A DNA stretch of 64,000 nucleotides from the sequence record OQ689735.1, one strand, 5' to 3'. A program made the translations under genes and the position numbers. This DNA is from Escherichia phage 4E10. Within the stretch, counting starts at the first letter, position 1. Each line of letters begins with the position of its first letter. Of this stretch, positions 45,110-62,536 are shown piece by piece. Below the pieces are notes generated by a model. The model did no database searches and was not told the origin of the DNA. It saw nothing but the letters and a program-made list of their open reading frames with translations.

Positions 45110-47092
45110 ATGGCAAATACCCCTGTAAATTATCAATTAACAAGAACAGCAAATGCTATTCCCGAGATATTCGTCGGGGGTACGTTTGCTGAAATAAAAC
45201 AAAACCTCATTGAATGGCTTAATGGCCAAAATGAATTTTTGGATTATGATTTTGAAGGCTCAAGATTAAACGTTCTGTGTGACCTTTTGGCTTATAATAC
45301 GCTGTACATTCAACAGTTTGGTAATGCTGCTGTGTATGAAAGCTTTATGCGTACTGCTAACTTACGAAGTTCAGTTGTTCAAGCTGCACAAGATAACGGA
45401 TATTTACCTACTTCAAAATCAGCTGCTCAAACTGAAATTATGCTAACTTGTACAGACGCATTGAATAGAAATTACATTACAATTCCTCGCGGAACTCGCT
45501 TTTTAGCATATGCAAAAGATACTTCTGTTAATCCATATAACTTCGTTTCTACTGAAGACGTTATTGCTATTCGTGATAAAAATAACCAATATTTTCCGCG
45601 TTTAAAATTAGCCCAGGGACGTATAGTAAGAACTGAAATCATTTATGATAAATTAACGCCTATTATCATTTATGATAAAAATATTGATAGAAACCAGGTT
45701 AAATTATATGTTGATGGAGCGGAATGGATTAACTGGACGAGAAAGTCAATGGTTCATGCTGGTTCTACATCAACAATTTATTATATGCGTGAAACTATTG
45801 ATGGAAACACTGAATTCTATTTTGGCGAAGGTGAAATTTCTGTTAATGCTTCTGAAGGAGCTTTGACTGCTAATTATATTGGAGGTCTTAAACCTACTCA
45901 GAACTCTACGATTGTTATTGAGTACATCAGTACTAATGGTGCTGACGCGAATGGCGCAGTCGGATTTTCATACGCAGATACATTAACAAATATAACTGTC
46001 ATCAATATTAATGAAAATCCAAACGATGACCCAGATTTTGTTGGGGCAGATGGCGGCGGTGATCCAGAAGATATTGAACGTATTCGTGAATTGGGTACTA
46101 TTAAACGCGAGACCCAGCAACGCTGCGTAACTGCGACGGATTATGATACATTCGTTTCAGAGAGATTTGGTTCTATTATTCAAGCAGTTCAGACTTTCAC
46201 TGATTCTACTAAACCTGGTTATGCATTTATTGCTGCTAAACCTAAATCAGGGCTATATTTAACTACTGTACAGCGCGAAGATATTAAAAATTATCTCAAA
46301 GACTATAATTTAGCTCCTATTACACCGTCAATTATTTCTCCTAATTATCTTTTTATTAAGACTAATTTAAAAGTCACATATGCTTTAAATAAGCTGCAAG
46401 AATCCGAACAGTGGCTCGAAGGTCAAATAATTGATAAAATTGATCGTTATTATACCGAAGATGTAGAAATTTTTAACTCATCTTTCGCTAAATCTAAGAT
46501 GTTGACATATGTAGATGATGCAGACCATTCTATCATTGGTTCATCAGCGACAATTCAAATTGTTCGTGAAGTACAAAACTTCTATAAAACGCCTGAAGCA
46601 GGTATTAAATACAATAATCAAATAAAAGATCGTTCTATGGAATCTAATACGTTTTCATTTAATTCCGGACGAAAGGTTGTAAATCCTGACACTGGTTTAG
46701 AAGAAGATGTATTATATGACGTTCGCATAGTATCAACAGACCGAGATTCTAAAGGAATTGGTAAAGTTATTATTGGTCCATTTGCTTCTGGCGATGTTAC
46801 AGAAAATGAAAACATTCAGCCATATTCAGGCAACGATTTTAACAAATTAGCAAATTCTGATGGACGCGACAAATACTATGTTATCGGTGAAATAAATTAT
46901 CCAGCTGATGTGATTTATTGGAATATCGCTAAAATTAATTTAACATCTGAAAAATTTGAAGTTCAGACTATTGAATTATATTCTGATCCAACCGATGATG
47001 TTATCTTTACTCGCGATGGTTCACTGATTGTATTTGAAAATGACTTACGTCCACAATACTTAACTATCGATTTGGAGCCTATATCACAATGA
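45110..47092 (+). CDS. 6: Baseplate wedge protein gp6
   Basis: 660 aa, same length and position as T4 gp6; N-terminus MANTPVNYQLTRTANAIPEIF. Confidence 0.92.
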   Translation: MANTPVNYQLTRTANAIPEIFVGGTFAEIKQNLIEWLNGQNEFLDYDFEGSRLNVLCDLLAYNTLYIQQFGNAAVYESFMRTANLRSSVVQAAQDNGYLPTSKSAAQTEIMLTCTDALNRNYITIPRGTRFLAYAKDTSVNPYNFVSTEDVIAIRDKNNQYFPRLKLAQGRIVRTEIIYDKLTPIIIYDKNIDRNQVKLYVDGAEWINWTRKSMVHAGSTSTIYYMRETIDGNTEFYFGEGEISVNASEGALTANYIGGLKPTQNSTIVIEYISTNGADANGAVGFSYADTLTNITVININENPNDDPDFVGADGGGDPEDIERIRELGTIKRETQQRCVTATDYDTFVSERFGSIIQAVQTFTDSTKPGYAFIAAKPKSGLYLTTVQREDIKNYLKDYNLAPITPSIISPNYLFIKTNLKVTYALNKLQESEQWLEGQIIDKIDRYYTEDVEIFNSSFAKSKMLTYVDDADHSIIGSSATIQIVREVQNFYKTPEAGIKYNNQIKDRSMESNTFSFNSGRKVVNPDTGLEEDVLYDVRIVSTDRDSKGIGKVIIGPFASGDVTENENIQPYSGNDFNKLANSDGRDKYYVIGEINYPADVIYWNIAKINLTSEKFEVQTIELYSDPTDDVIFTRDGSLIVFENDLRPQYLTIDLEPISQ

Positions 47093-50000
47093 CAGTAAAA
47101 GCACCTTCAGTCACTAGTCTCAGAATTTCCAAGTTATCCGCAAATCAGGTGCAAGTACGCTGGGATGACGTTGGTGCTAATTTCTACTATTTTGTAGAAA
47201 TCGCTGAGACAAAAACAAACTCGGGGGAAAATCTCCCGAGTAATCAATACAGATGGATTAACTTAGGATATACTGCAAATAACAGCTTCTTTTTTGATGA
47301 TGCTGACCCGTTGACATCATACGTTATTAGAGTAGCTACAGCTGCACAAGATTTTGAGCAGTCTGATTGGATTTATACCGAAGAGTTTGAAACTTTTGCT
47401 ACAAATGCTTATACATTTCAAAACATGATTGAAATGCAATTAGCCAATAAATTCATTCAGGAAAAATTTACTCTTAATAATTCTGATTATGTTAATTTTA
47501 ACAATGACACTATAATGGCTGCATTGATGAATGAATCATTTCAATTCAGCCCATCATATGTTGATGTTTCATCAATAAGCAATTTTATTATTGGCGAAAA
47601 TGAGTATCATGAAATACAAGGTTCTATTCAGCAAGTATGTAAGGATATTAACCGAGTTTATTTGATGGAATCAGAAGGGATTTTATACCTTTTTGAGCGT
47701 TATCAACCTGTAGTTAAAGTATCCAATGATAAAGGACAAACTTGGAAAGCTGTAAAGCTCTTCAATGACCGCGTAGGATATCCTTTATCTAAGACAGTAT
47801 ATTACCAATCTGCGAACACAACATACGTTCTAGGATACGACAAGATTTTCTATGGCCGCAAATCTACTGATGTCAGATGGTCAGCTGACGATGTCAGATT
47901 TAGTTCGCAGGATATAACATTCGCTAAACTTGGCGATCAATTACATTTAGGATTTGATGTAGAAATTTTTGCCACTTACGCGACTTTACCAGCGAATGTA
48001 TATCGCATTGCAGAAGCTATTACTTGCACCGATGATTACATTTACGTTGTCGCCAGAGACAAAGTTAGATACATAAAAACGAGTAATGCACCTATAGATT
48101 CTGATCCATTATCTCCAACATATTCGGAAAGGCTTTTTGAACCTGATACTATGACTATAACTGGAAATCCTAAAGCAGTATGCTATAAAATGGATTCTAT
48201 CGGTGATAAAGTTTTTGCTCTTATTATTGGCGAAGTTGAAACATTAAATGCTAATCCTAGAACATCAAAAATAATTGATTCTGCTGATAAAGGAATATAT
48301 GTTTTAAATCATGACACAAAAACATGGAAAAGAGTTTTTGGCAACACTGAAGAAGAAAGAAGACGTATTCAACCAGGGTATGCGAATATGTCAACTGACG
48401 GTAAATTAGTTTCGCTATCTTCGAGTAATTTTAAATTTTTAAGTGATAATATTGTTAATGACCCTGAAACTGCATCAAAATACCAGTTAATCGGTGCCGT
48501 TAAATATGAATTTCCTCGTGAATGGTTAGCTGATAAGCATTATCATATGATGGCATTTATAGCAGATGAAAAATCTGATTGGGAAACTTTTACACCTCAG
48601 CCAATGAAATACTATGCAGAACCATTCTTTAACTGGTCTAAAAAATCTAACACACGTTGTTGGATAAACAACTCTGATAGAGCTGTAGTAGTTTATGCTG
48701 ATTTAAAATACACTAAAGTTATTGAAAATTTTCCAGAAACATCTCCAGACAGATTAGTTCATGAATACTGGGATGACGGCGATTGCACTATAGTAATGCC
48801 AAATGTTAAATTCACTGGATTTAAAAAATATGCATCTGGGATGCTTTTTTATAAAGCCTCCGGTGAAATTATTTCTTACTATGATTTTAATTATCGTGTT
48901 AGAGATACAGTAGAAATTATTTGGAAGCCAACTGGAGTATTTTTAAAGGCATTTTTACAAAACCAAGAACATGAAACTCCTTGGTCGCCTGAAGAAGAGC
49001 GTGGATTAGCTGACCCTGATTTAAGACCATTAATTGGCACAATGATGCCTGATTCTTATTTGTTGCAGGATTCGAATTTTGAAGCATTTTGCGAAGCATA
49101 TATTCAATATCTTTCTGATGGATATGGAACTCAGTATAACAATTTACGAAATTTAATTCGTAACAAATATCCACGAGAAGAGCATGCATGGGAATATTTG
49201 TGGTCAGAGATATATAAAAGAAACATTTATTTAAATGCTGACAAACGTGATGCTGTTGCAAGATTTTTCGAATCACGTAGCTATGATTTTTATTCTACTA
49301 AAGGAATTGAAGCATCATACAAATTTCTTTTTAAAGTTCTTTATAATGAAGAGGTTGAAATTGAAATTGAATCTGGGGCTGGTACTGAATATGATATAAT
49401 TGTTCAATCTGATTCTTTGACCGAAGACTTAGTAGGGCAAACGATTTATACAGCTACAGGAAGATGTAATGTTACTTATATAGAAAGAAGCTATTCTAAT
49501 GGTAAATTGCAATGGACCGTAACTATTCATAATCTTTTGGGAAGATTAATTGCTGGTCAAGAAGTTAAAGCAGAAAGACTTCCTAGTTTTGAAGGCGAAA
49601 TTATTCGTGGAGTTAAAGGAAAGGATTTGCTTCAAAATAATATAGACTATATTAATAGAAGTCGATCATATTATGTAATGAAAATTAAATCCAATTTGCC
49701 TTCTTCCCGCTGGAAATCTGACGTTATTCGTTTTGTTCATCCAGTAGGATTTGGATTTATAGCAATTACCCTTTTAACGATGTTTATTAATGTTGGTTTA
49801 ACTCTTAAACATACAGAGACTATAATTAATAAATACAAAAACTACAAATGGGATTCTGGATTGCCTACTGAATATGCTGATAGAGTAGCTAAATTGACTC
49901 CGACTGGTGAAATTGAGCATGATTCGGTAACAGGCGAAGCAATTTATGAACCTGGCCCAATGGCTGGCGTAGAATATCCTCTTCCTGATGACTATAATGC

Positions 50001-50187
50001 TGAAAATAACAATTCAATATTTCAAGGTCAATTGCCGTCTGAACGACGCAAATTAATGAGTCCTCTATTTGACGCATCTGGAACAACATTTGCGCAATTT
50101 AGAGATTTAGTTAATAAACGTCTAAAAGATAATATAGGAAATCCAAGAGACCCTGAAAATCCAACACAGGTTAAAATAGATGAATGA
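47089..50187 (+). CDS. 7: Baseplate wedge protein gp7
   Basis: 1032 aa, same length and order as T4 gp7. Confidence 0.92.
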   Translation: MTVKAPSVTSLRISKLSANQVQVRWDDVGANFYYFVEIAETKTNSGENLPSNQYRWINLGYTANNSFFFDDADPLTSYVIRVATAAQDFEQSDWIYTEEFETFATNAYTFQNMIEMQLANKFIQEKFTLNNSDYVNFNNDTIMAALMNESFQFSPSYVDVSSISNFIIGENEYHEIQGSIQQVCKDINRVYLMESEGILYLFERYQPVVKVSNDKGQTWKAVKLFNDRVGYPLSKTVYYQSANTTYVLGYDKIFYGRKSTDVRWSADDVRFSSQDITFAKLGDQLHLGFDVEIFATYATLPANVYRIAEAITCTDDYIYVVARDKVRYIKTSNAPIDSDPLSPTYSERLFEPDTMTITGNPKAVCYKMDSIGDKVFALIIGEVETLNANPRTSKIIDSADKGIYVLNHDTKTWKRVFGNTEEERRRIQPGYANMSTDGKLVSLSSSNFKFLSDNIVNDPETASKYQLIGAVKYEFPREWLADKHYHMMAFIADEKSDWETFTPQPMKYYAEPFFNWSKKSNTRCWINNSDRAVVVYADLKYTKVIENFPETSPDRLVHEYWDDGDCTIVMPNVKFTGFKKYASGMLFYKASGEIISYYDFNYRVRDTVEIIWKPTGVFLKAFLQNQEHETPWSPEEERGLADPDLRPLIGTMMPDSYLLQDSNFEAFCEAYIQYLSDGYGTQYNNLRNLIRNKYPREEHAWEYLWSEIYKRNIYLNADKRDAVARFFESRSYDFYSTKGIEASYKFLFKVLYNEEVEIEIESGAGTEYDIIVQSDSLTEDLVGQTIYTATGRCNVTYIERSYSNGKLQWTVTIHNLLGRLIAGQEVKAERLPSFEGEIIRGVKGKDLLQNNIDYINRSRSYYVMKIKSNLPSSRWKSDVIRFVHPVGFGFIAITLLTMFINVGLTLKHTETIINKYKNYKWDSGLPTEYADRVAKLTPTGEIEHDSVTGEAIYEPGPMAGVEYPLPDDYNAENNNSIFQGQLPSERRKLMSPLFDASGTTFAQFRDLVNKRLKDNIGNPRDPENPTQVKIDE

Positions 50188-51184
50188 TTCAAGTGTTATC
50201 TATCGTGCGATAGTTACTTCAAAATTTAGAACAGAAAAAATGTTGAATTTTTATAATTCAATTGGAAGTGGTCCGGATAAAAACACTATCTTTATCACAT
50301 TTGGAAGATCAGAACCGTGGTCATCAAATGAAAATGAGGTGGGCTTTGCTCCACCTTATCCAACTGATTCTGTATTGGGTGTAACTGACATGTGGACTCA
50401 TATGATGGGAACTGTAAAGGTTCTTCCATCTATGCTTGATGCAGTTATTCCTCGTAGAGATTGGGGAGATACTAGATATCCGGATCCATACACATTTAGA
50501 ATTAACGATATTGTAGTGTGTAACTCAGCTCCTTACAATGCTACTGAATCAGGCGCAGGCTGGTTAGTATATCGTTGTTTAGATGTTCCTGATACCGGAA
50601 CGTGTTCAATAGCATCTTTAACTAATAAGGATGAATGTCTTAAGTTAGGTGGAAAATGGACTCCTTCTGTTAGGTCAATGACTCCTCCTGAAGGTCGAGG
50701 AGACGCTGAAGGAACAATCGAACCCGGCGACGGTTATGTTTGGGAATATCTTTTTGAGATTCCGCCTGATGTATCTATAAATAGATGCACGAATGAATAT
50801 ATCGTAGTTCCTTGGCCTGAGGAATTAAAAGAAGACCCGGCTAGATGGGGGTATGAAGATAATCTCACTTGGCAACAAGATGATTTTGGATTAATTTACC
50901 GTGTTAAGGCAAATACTATCCGTTTTAAAGCATATTTAGATTCAGTTTACTTTCCTGATGCTGCATTACCGGGAAATAAAGGATTTAGACAAATATCAAT
51001 AATCACCAATCCTCTTGAAGCTAAAGTTCATCCAAATGACCCAAACGTTAAAGCTGAAAAGGATTATTATGATCCGGAAGATTTAATGAGGCATTCGGGC
51101 GAAATGATTTATATGGAAAATAGGCCACCTATTATCATGGCAATGGATCAAACAGAAGAAATCAATATTCTGTTTACATTTTAA
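50180..51184 (+). CDS. 8: Baseplate wedge protein gp8
   Basis: 334 aa; terminator hairpin downstream. Confidence 0.9.
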   Translation: MNDSSVIYRAIVTSKFRTEKMLNFYNSIGSGPDKNTIFITFGRSEPWSSNENEVGFAPPYPTDSVLGVTDMWTHMMGTVKVLPSMLDAVIPRRDWGDTRYPDPYTFRINDIVVCNSAPYNATESGAGWLVYRCLDVPDTGTCSIASLTNKDECLKLGGKWTPSVRSMTPPEGRGDAEGTIEPGDGYVWEYLFEIPPDVSINRCTNEYIVVPWPEELKEDPARWGYEDNLTWQQDDFGLIYRVKANTIRFKAYLDSVYFPDAALPGNKGFRQISIITNPLEAKVHPNDPNVKAEKDYYDPEDLMRHSGEMIYMENRPPIIMAMDQTEEINILFTF

Positions 51185-51189
51185 CTTAA

Positions 51190-51212
51190 GGGAGCCCATG
51201 GGCTCCCTTTTT
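51190..51212 (+). terminator. Rho-independent terminator after gene 8
   Basis: Plus strand GGGAGCC-CATG-GGCTCCC followed by TTTTTCTTT. Confidence 0.7.
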
Positions 51213-51215
51213 CTT

Positions 51216-51223
51216 TATAAATA
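51216..51223 (+). promoter_or_regulatory. Late promoter for gene 9
   Basis: TATAAATA immediately after the gene 8 terminator, 25 bp before the gene 9 ATG. Confidence 0.65.
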
Positions 51224-51247
51224 CTATAAACTCATAAGGAAACCGCT

Positions 51248-52114
51248 ATGTTCATTCAAGAACCAAAGAAATTGATTGATACCGGCGAAATTGGTAACGC
51301 TTCTACTGGTGATATCTTATTCGACGGTGGTAATAAAATTAATAGTGATTTTAACGCAATTTATAATGCGTTTGGCGATCAGCGCAAAATGGCAGTAGCA
51401 AATGGCACTGGAGCAGATGGCCAAATTATTCATGCTACGGGATATTATCAAAAACATTCTATAGCAGAGTACGCAACTCCAGTAAAAGTTGGCACTAGGC
51501 ATGATATTGATACCTCTACTGTAGGTGTTAAAGTTATCATTGAAAGAGGCGAACTTGGTGACTGCGTTGAATTTATTAACTCAAATGGATCTATATCAGT
51601 TACTAATCCTTTAACGATTCAAGCAATTGATTCAATTAAAGGTGTTTCAGGCAATTTAGTAGTAACTAGCCCATATAGTAAAGTAACTTTACGCTGTATT
51701 TCATCTGATAATTCTACGTCTGTTTGGAATTATTCTATTGAAAGTATGTTTGGACAAAAGGAATCACCAGCTGAAGGTACATGGAATATTTCTACATCCG
51801 GGTCAGTTGATATTCCACTATTTCATCGTACTGAATACAATATGGCTAAATTGCTAGTTACATGCCAATCGGTAGATGGAAGAAAAATTAAAACAGCAGA
51901 AATAAATATTCTTGTAGATACTGTTAATTCAGAGGTAATTTCTTCTGAATATGCTGTCATGCGGGTTGGAAATGAAACCGAAGAAGACGAAATCGCTAAT
52001 ATTGCATTTAGTATTAAAACAAATTATGTAACAGCGACTGTAAGTTCTTCTATTGTTGGCATGAGAGCGGCAGTTAAAGTTATCGCTACGCAGAAAATCG
52101 GGGTGGCTCAATAA
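51248..52114 (+). CDS. 9: Baseplate protein gp9 (long tail fibre socket)
   Basis: 288 aa, MFIQEPKKLIDTGEIGNASTGDILFDGGNKINSDFNAIYNAFGDQ; TATAAATA late promoter upstream. Confidence 0.9.
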   Translation: MFIQEPKKLIDTGEIGNASTGDILFDGGNKINSDFNAIYNAFGDQRKMAVANGTGADGQIIHATGYYQKHSIAEYATPVKVGTRHDIDTSTVGVKVIIERGELGDCVEFINSNGSISVTNPLTIQAIDSIKGVSGNLVVTSPYSKVTLRCISSDNSTSVWNYSIESMFGQKESPAEGTWNISTSGSVDIPLFHRTEYNMAKLLVTCQSVDGRKIKTAEINILVDTVNSEVISSEYAVMRVGNETEEDEIANIAFSIKTNYVTATVSSSIVGMRAAVKVIATQKIGVAQ

Positions 52115-53919
52115 TGAAACAAAATATTAATATCGGTAATGTTGTAGATGATGGTACCGGTGACTACCTGCGTAAAGGTGGTATAAAAATAAATGAAAAC
52201 TTTGATGAGCTTTATTATGAACTCGGTGATGGTGATGTTCCATATTCAGCCGGTGCCTGGAAAACTTATAACGCTTCATCTGGGCAAACATTAACAGCAG
52301 AATGGGGAAAATCATACGCTATTAATACTTCGTCTGGGAGAGTAACACTACAACTTCCTAAAGGAACTGTTAATGATTACAACAAGGTAATTAGAGCTAG
52401 AGACGTATTCGCTACATGGAACATCAATCCAGTTACGCTAGTAGCTGCTTCTGGCGATACGATTAAAGGGTCGTCATCATCGGTTGAAATTAATATTCAA
52501 TTCAGTGATTTGGAGTTAGTTTATTGTGCTCCAGGACGCTGGGAATATGTCAAAAATAAGCAAATTGACAAAATTACCAGTTCAGACATTAGTAATGTAG
52601 CTCGTAAAGAATTTTTAGTTGAAGTTCAAGGACAAACTGACTTTTTAGATGTTTTCAATGGAACTAGTTATAATGTTAATAACATCCGAGTAAAACACCG
52701 CGGTAATGAATTATATTATGGCGATGTATTTAGTGAAAACAGTGACTTTGGCTCTCCTGGGGAAAATGAAGGAGAATTGATTCCTCTTGATGGATTTAAT
52801 ATTAGGTTAAGACAGCCTTGTAATATTGGTGACACTGTTCAAATTGAAACATTTATGGATGGTGTATCACAATGGAGAAGTTCATATACAAGACGCCAAA
52901 TAAAAGTATTAGATTCAAAATTAACGTCAAAAACTTCTTTAGAAGGAAGCATTTATGTTACTGATTTATCGGCGATGAAATCAATTCCATTCTCCGCATT
53001 TGGATTAATTCCTGGTGAACCAATTAATCCGAACTCTCTTGAGGTTCGTTTTAATGGAATTTTGCAGCAGCAGGCTGGAACAGCTGGATATCCTCTGTTT
53101 TTGTGTGAAGGCGCTAATTCAGATACGCAAGAAGGATGTATATCTCTTGGTGGCGAATGGAAAGAATCAAACACCGATTATTCTATAGAATATGAAGACG
53201 GAAAACCTATCAGTCTTTTATTTGATAGAAAATTTGAATCCGGTGACATTATCGTTATAACATGGTTCAATAATGATTTAGGAACTCTTTTAGAAAAAGA
53301 TGACATTATTGAATTGACTGATGACCGTTATGTTAGTAAAGGATCATCTACTGAAGTTACTGGTGATGTGGCCTTAACAGATTTTGATAAAATCGGTTGG
53401 CCAAATGTTGAAAAAGTTGATTCTTATACTAGAACGTATAATTCAATATCATCTATTTTCGACAGCATTTATCCTGTTGGTTCAATTTATGAAAATGCTA
53501 TAAACCCAAATAATCCGGTGACTTATATGGGATTTGGTTCATGGAAATTATTTGGTAAAGGACAAGTTTTAGTAGGATGGAATGATGATGTTACGGATCC
53601 AAACTTTGCTTTAAACAATAATGATTTAGATTCTAGCGGAAATCCTTCACATACGGCAGGTGGAACGGTTGGAACAACATCAGTAACGCTTGAAAACGCA
53701 AATCTTCCTGCAACTAAAACCGACGAAAGAGTTTTAATTGAAGACGAAAATGGATCGGTTATTATTGGAGGTTGCCAATATGACCCAGATGAAACTGGTC
53801 CTATATATACAAAATATCGTGAAGATTACGCAACAACAAACTCTTCACATACTCCTCCTGCTAATATTAGTAATATTCAACCGTCTATTACTGTATACCG
53901 TTGGATAAGGATTGCATAA
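52114..53919 (+). CDS. 10: Baseplate protein gp10
   Basis: 601 aa, [23 protein letters not shown]... Confidence 0.9.
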   Translation: MKQNINIGNVVDDGTGDYLRKGGIKINENFDELYYELGDGDVPYSAGAWKTYNASSGQTLTAEWGKSYAINTSSGRVTLQLPKGTVNDYNKVIRARDVFATWNINPVTLVAASGDTIKGSSSSVEINIQFSDLELVYCAPGRWEYVKNKQIDKITSSDISNVARKEFLVEVQGQTDFLDVFNGTSYNVNNIRVKHRGNELYYGDVFSENSDFGSPGENEGELIPLDGFNIRLRQPCNIGDTVQIETFMDGVSQWRSSYTRRQIKVLDSKLTSKTSLEGSIYVTDLSAMKSIPFSAFGLIPGEPINPNSLEVRFNGILQQQAGTAGYPLFLCEGANSDTQEGCISLGGEWKESNTDYSIEYEDGKPISLLFDRKFESGDIIVITWFNNDLGTLLEKDDIIELTDDRYVSKGSSTEVTGDVALTDFDKIGWPNVEKVDSYTRTYNSISSIFDSIYPVGSIYENAINPNNPVTYMGFGSWKLFGKGQVLVGWNDDVTDPNFALNNNDLDSSGNPSHTAGGTVGTTSVTLENANLPATKTDERVLIEDENGSVIIGGCQYDPDETGPIYTKYREDYATTNSSHTPPANISNIQPSITVYRWIRIA

Positions 53920-54578
53920 TGAGTTTACTTAATAATAAAGCGGGAGTTATTTCCCGCTTAGCAGATTTTCTTGGTTTTAGAACTAAGAAAAATGATATTT
54001 CGGTTATGAATAATCAGCCAGTAGGTGCTGTAACAATTTCACAAATAGCAAAAGGGTTTTATGACCCAAATGTAGAATCTGCTATTAATGATGTTAGAAA
54101 TATGGCAGAGCAACAGGTTGGAGCTGTATTAGTTAATATAAGTGGCGTATCTCCTACTGGCGTGCAGCAAACAGACTATTGGTCATTTGAAGGAACTGTC
54201 AATGATACTTCAGCCAAACCAGGTGACCCGGTTATTGTTAACATGTTTGGCATTCCTGTTAAAGCTACTAATGGAATGACTTCAATCGAATTTACTAGTG
54301 CCGTTAGAACAGCTCTGCAGGAAATGGTTGCAAAATTTATTGCAATTGATTCATTTGAAGACCATCCTACCATAGGAAATAAAATACAAGTTAAGTATTT
54401 AGATAATCAAGAACATATCTTAGAACAATACTCTGATAAAGGAATTACTTTCAAACAAGAAATAATTTCTCCTTCTAAACCTGGGTATGGAACTTGGCAA
54501 TTATTAGGTGCGCAAACTGTTACGCTAGATAGTCACACACAACCTACAGTATTTTATTATTTTGAGAGAATAGCATGA
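53919..54578 (+). CDS. 11: Baseplate protein gp11 (short tail fibre attachment)
   Basis: 219 aa from ATG at 53919: [20 protein letters not shown]...; TAATG overlap with gene 10. Confidence 0.9.
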   Translation: MSLLNNKAGVISRLADFLGFRTKKNDISVMNNQPVGAVTISQIAKGFYDPNVESAINDVRNMAEQQVGAVLVNISGVSPTGVQQTDYWSFEGTVNDTSAKPGDPVIVNMFGIPVKATNGMTSIEFTSAVRTALQEMVAKFIAIDSFEDHPTIGNKIQVKYLDNQEHILEQYSDKGITFKQEIISPSKPGYGTWQLLGAQTVTLDSHTQPTVFYYFERIA

Positions 54579-56125
54579 GTAACAATACATATCAGCACGT
54601 ATCAAATGAATCAAAATATGTTAAATTCGATCCTACTGGATCGAATTTTCCTGACACTGTCACGACAGTGCAGTCTGCATTATCAAAAATAAGTAATATC
54701 GGCGTAAATGGTATTCCTGATGCAACTATGGAAGTTAAAGGAATAGCAATGATTGCGTCAGAGCAAGAGGTTTTAGATGGAACTAATAATTCTAAAATCG
54801 TTACACCCGCTACATTAGCAACAAGATTATTGTATCCAAATGCTACTGAAACTAAATATGGTTTAACGCGCTATTCAACAAATGAAGAAACATTAGAAGG
54901 CTCAGATAATAATTCATCAATAACGCCGCAAAAACTGAAATACCATACTGACGATGTGTTCCAAAATAGATATTCGTCTGAGTCATCAAATGGAGTTATT
55001 AAAATATCATCTACACCTGCAGCTTTAGCTGGAGTTGATGATACTACGGCAATGACTCCATTAAAAACGCAAAAACTTGCAATAAAATTAATTTCACAAA
55101 TAGCTCCTTCCGAAGATACTGCATCAGAATCTGTGAGAGGTGTAGTTCAATTATCTACTGTTGCGCAAACTCGTCAAGGAACTCTCCGCGAAGGATATGC
55201 AATTTCTCCGTATACCTTTATGAATTCTGTTGCAACACAAGAATATAAGGGTGTTATACGTTTAGGAACACAATCGGAAATTAACAGTAATTTAGGAGAT
55301 GTTGCAGTAACAGGCGAAACATTAAATGGTCGAGGAGCTACTGGTTCTATGCGCGGTGTAGTAAAATTAACGACGCAAGCCGGTATTGCCCCCGAGGGTG
55401 ATGGCTCTGGAGCATTAGCATGGAACGCAGATGTAATTAATACACGCGGTGGACAAACTATTAATGGTTCTTTAAATTTAGACCATCTTACAGCAAATGG
55501 AATTTGGTCGCGCGGCGGTATGTGGAAAAATGGTGATCAACCTGTTGCCACTGAAAGATATGCGTCTGAAAGGGTTCCAGTTGGAACTATTATGATGTTT
55601 GCGGGTGATTCTGCACCTCCAGGTTGGATTATGTGCCATGGTGGAACCGTGTCAGGAGATCAATATCCTGATTATAGAAACACAGTTGGAACAAGATTTG
55701 GTGGTGATTGGAATAACCCTGGCATTCCTGATATGCGAGGTCTTTTCGTCAGAGGAGCTGGCACAGGAGGTCATATTTTAAATCAACGAGGACAAGATGG
55801 TTATGGAAAGGATAGACTTGGCGTAGGATGTGACGGAATGCATGTTGGCGGTGTTCAAGCACAACAAATGTCATACCATAAACATGCTGGTGGCTGGGGA
55901 GAATACCAAAGACATGAAGCTCCATTTGGCGCGTCCGTTTATCAAGGATATCTTGGAACTAGAAAATATGCCGACTGGGATAACGCTTCATACTTCACTA
56001 ATGATGGATTTGAATTAGGTGGACCGAGAGATGCCCTTGGTACACTTAATCGTGAAGGATTAATTGGTTATGAAACTAGACCATGGAATATATCATTAAA
56101 CTATATTATTAAAATTCATTACTAA
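54575..56125 (+). CDS. 12: Short tail fibre protein gp12
   Basis: 516 aa with the gp12-type N-terminus ([28 protein letters not shown]) and repeats; somewhat shorter than I recall for T4 gp12 (about 527 aa). Confidence 0.9.
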   Translation: MSNNTYQHVSNESKYVKFDPTGSNFPDTVTTVQSALSKISNIGVNGIPDATMEVKGIAMIASEQEVLDGTNNSKIVTPATLATRLLYPNATETKYGLTRYSTNEETLEGSDNNSSITPQKLKYHTDDVFQNRYSSESSNGVIKISSTPAALAGVDDTTAMTPLKTQKLAIKLISQIAPSEDTASESVRGVVQLSTVAQTRQGTLREGYAISPYTFMNSVATQEYKGVIRLGTQSEINSNLGDVAVTGETLNGRGATGSMRGVVKLTTQAGIAPEGDGSGALAWNADVINTRGGQTINGSLNLDHLTANGIWSRGGMWKNGDQPVATERYASERVPVGTIMMFAGDSAPPGWIMCHGGTVSGDQYPDYRNTVGTRFGGDWNNPGIPDMRGLFVRGAGTGGHILNQRGQDGYGKDRLGVGCDGMHVGGVQAQQMSYHKHAGGWGEYQRHEAPFGASVYQGYLGTRKYADWDNASYFTNDGFELGGPRDALGTLNREGLIGYETRPWNISLNYIIKIHY

Positions 56126-56134
56126 GGATTACAA

Positions 56135-57592
56135 ATGATTGAATTAAAAGAGTTACCTTTTGTTGATAGCGTTCCTGGCGAAGGTCAGGAACGTATTTCA
56201 TGGATTAAAAATGGTGAAGAAATATTAGGAGCTAGTACTAAGTATGGAAACGATGGGTCAATGAATAGACCAACTGTTTCCGTGTTTAAAAACGTCGAGG
56301 TTCTCGACGAAAATGTAGGAATTCTTAAAACTGCCATTGAAACATCTCAGGAAGATATTAAAACTATTCAAGGCATTTTAGATGTATCAGGAGATATAGA
56401 AGCGCTATCACAGATCAGCGTTAATAAAAATGATATATCAAGTTTAAAGACGCTCACAAGTGAACATACTGATATATTAAATGGTACAAATACTACGGTT
56501 GATAATATTCTTTCTGATATTGGTCCATTTAATTCGCAAGCAAATTCAGTTTATAGAACGATTAGAAATGATTTGCTGTGGATTAAAAGGGAACTAGGAC
56601 AATATGCTGGACAAGATATTAATGGTCTTCCTGTTGTAGGAAATAGCAGCACGGGGATGAAGCACCGTATCATTAATAATACAGATGCTATAACTTCCCA
56701 AGGAATACGTCTAAGTGATTTGGAAGAAAAATTTATTGAATCTGATGTAGGTTCGCTTACAATCGAAGTAGGAAATCTTAGACAGGAATTAGGACAAAGA
56801 CCGCCTTCATTTAGTGAAAGTATATATTCGCGTGTGCATAATTTAGATCAATCACAAATTAATCTTAATTCCGAAATTAAATCTATCAAAACTTCTATTG
56901 GATATCCAGGAAATACTTCAATAATCACAGATGTTAACACTAATACACGAGAAATTTCAGCTTTAACTGATGAGCTAAATAAAAGCGGAGGTGTTAAACA
57001 GCGATTAACTGTCATTGAAACATCAATTGGCTCAGATGATATTCCTTCTAGTATTAAAGGTAAAATTAAAGATAATACAACATCTATTGAGTTTTTAAAT
57101 GGAATTGTTGGTGAAAACACTTCATCTGGACTACGAGCAAACGTTTCGTGGTTAAACCAAATTGTTGGAACTGATTCTAGCGGTGGACAACCTTCTCCTC
57201 CTGGGTCTCTTTTAAATAGAGTTTCAACTGTTGAAACTTCCGTTAATAGACTGAATAATGATGTTCAAAACTTGCAAGTTGAAATTGGTAATAACAATTC
57301 CGGAATTAAAGGACAGGTTGTAACATTAAATAAATTAGTAAATGGAACAAATCCAAATGGTTCAACTGTCGAAGAACGTGGATTAACTAATTCAATAAAA
57401 GCTAATGAAACTAACATTTCTTCTATTAATCAAGAAATGCGTAGTATTAAAAGTAATGTATCTTCATTACAGGCGGATGTTCAGACTTTACAGGAAGCAG
57501 GTTATATTCCTGAAGCTCCAAAAGATGGTCAAGCTTACGTTCGTAAAGACGGCGAATGGGTATTACTTTCTACCTTTTTATCACCAGCATAA
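56135..57592 (+). CDS. wac: Fibritin (whisker antigen control)
   Basis: 485 aa coiled coil ending in the foldon [30 protein letters not shown]. Confidence 0.95.
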   Translation: MIELKELPFVDSVPGEGQERISWIKNGEEILGASTKYGNDGSMNRPTVSVFKNVEVLDENVGILKTAIETSQEDIKTIQGILDVSGDIEALSQISVNKNDISSLKTLTSEHTDILNGTNTTVDNILSDIGPFNSQANSVYRTIRNDLLWIKRELGQYAGQDINGLPVVGNSSTGMKHRIINNTDAITSQGIRLSDLEEKFIESDVGSLTIEVGNLRQELGQRPPSFSESIYSRVHNLDQSQINLNSEIKSIKTSIGYPGNTSIITDVNTNTREISALTDELNKSGGVKQRLTVIETSIGSDDIPSSIKGKIKDNTTSIEFLNGIVGENTSSGLRANVSWLNQIVGTDSSGGQPSPPGSLLNRVSTVETSVNRLNNDVQNLQVEIGNNNSGIKGQVVTLNKLVNGTNPNGSTVEERGLTNSIKANETNISSINQEMRSIKSNVSSLQADVQTLQEAGYIPEAPKDGQAYVRKDGEWVLLSTFLSPA

Positions 57593-57595
57593 CAT

Positions 57596-59326
<1,731 letters not shown>

Positions 59327-59367
59327 TAAATATTATAAACTAATTAAAGCCCAGATTAGGAGAAATC

Positions 59368-62508
<3,141 letters not shown>

Positions 62509-62536
62509 TATTAAAGCATATTAAAGAGGATTAAAA

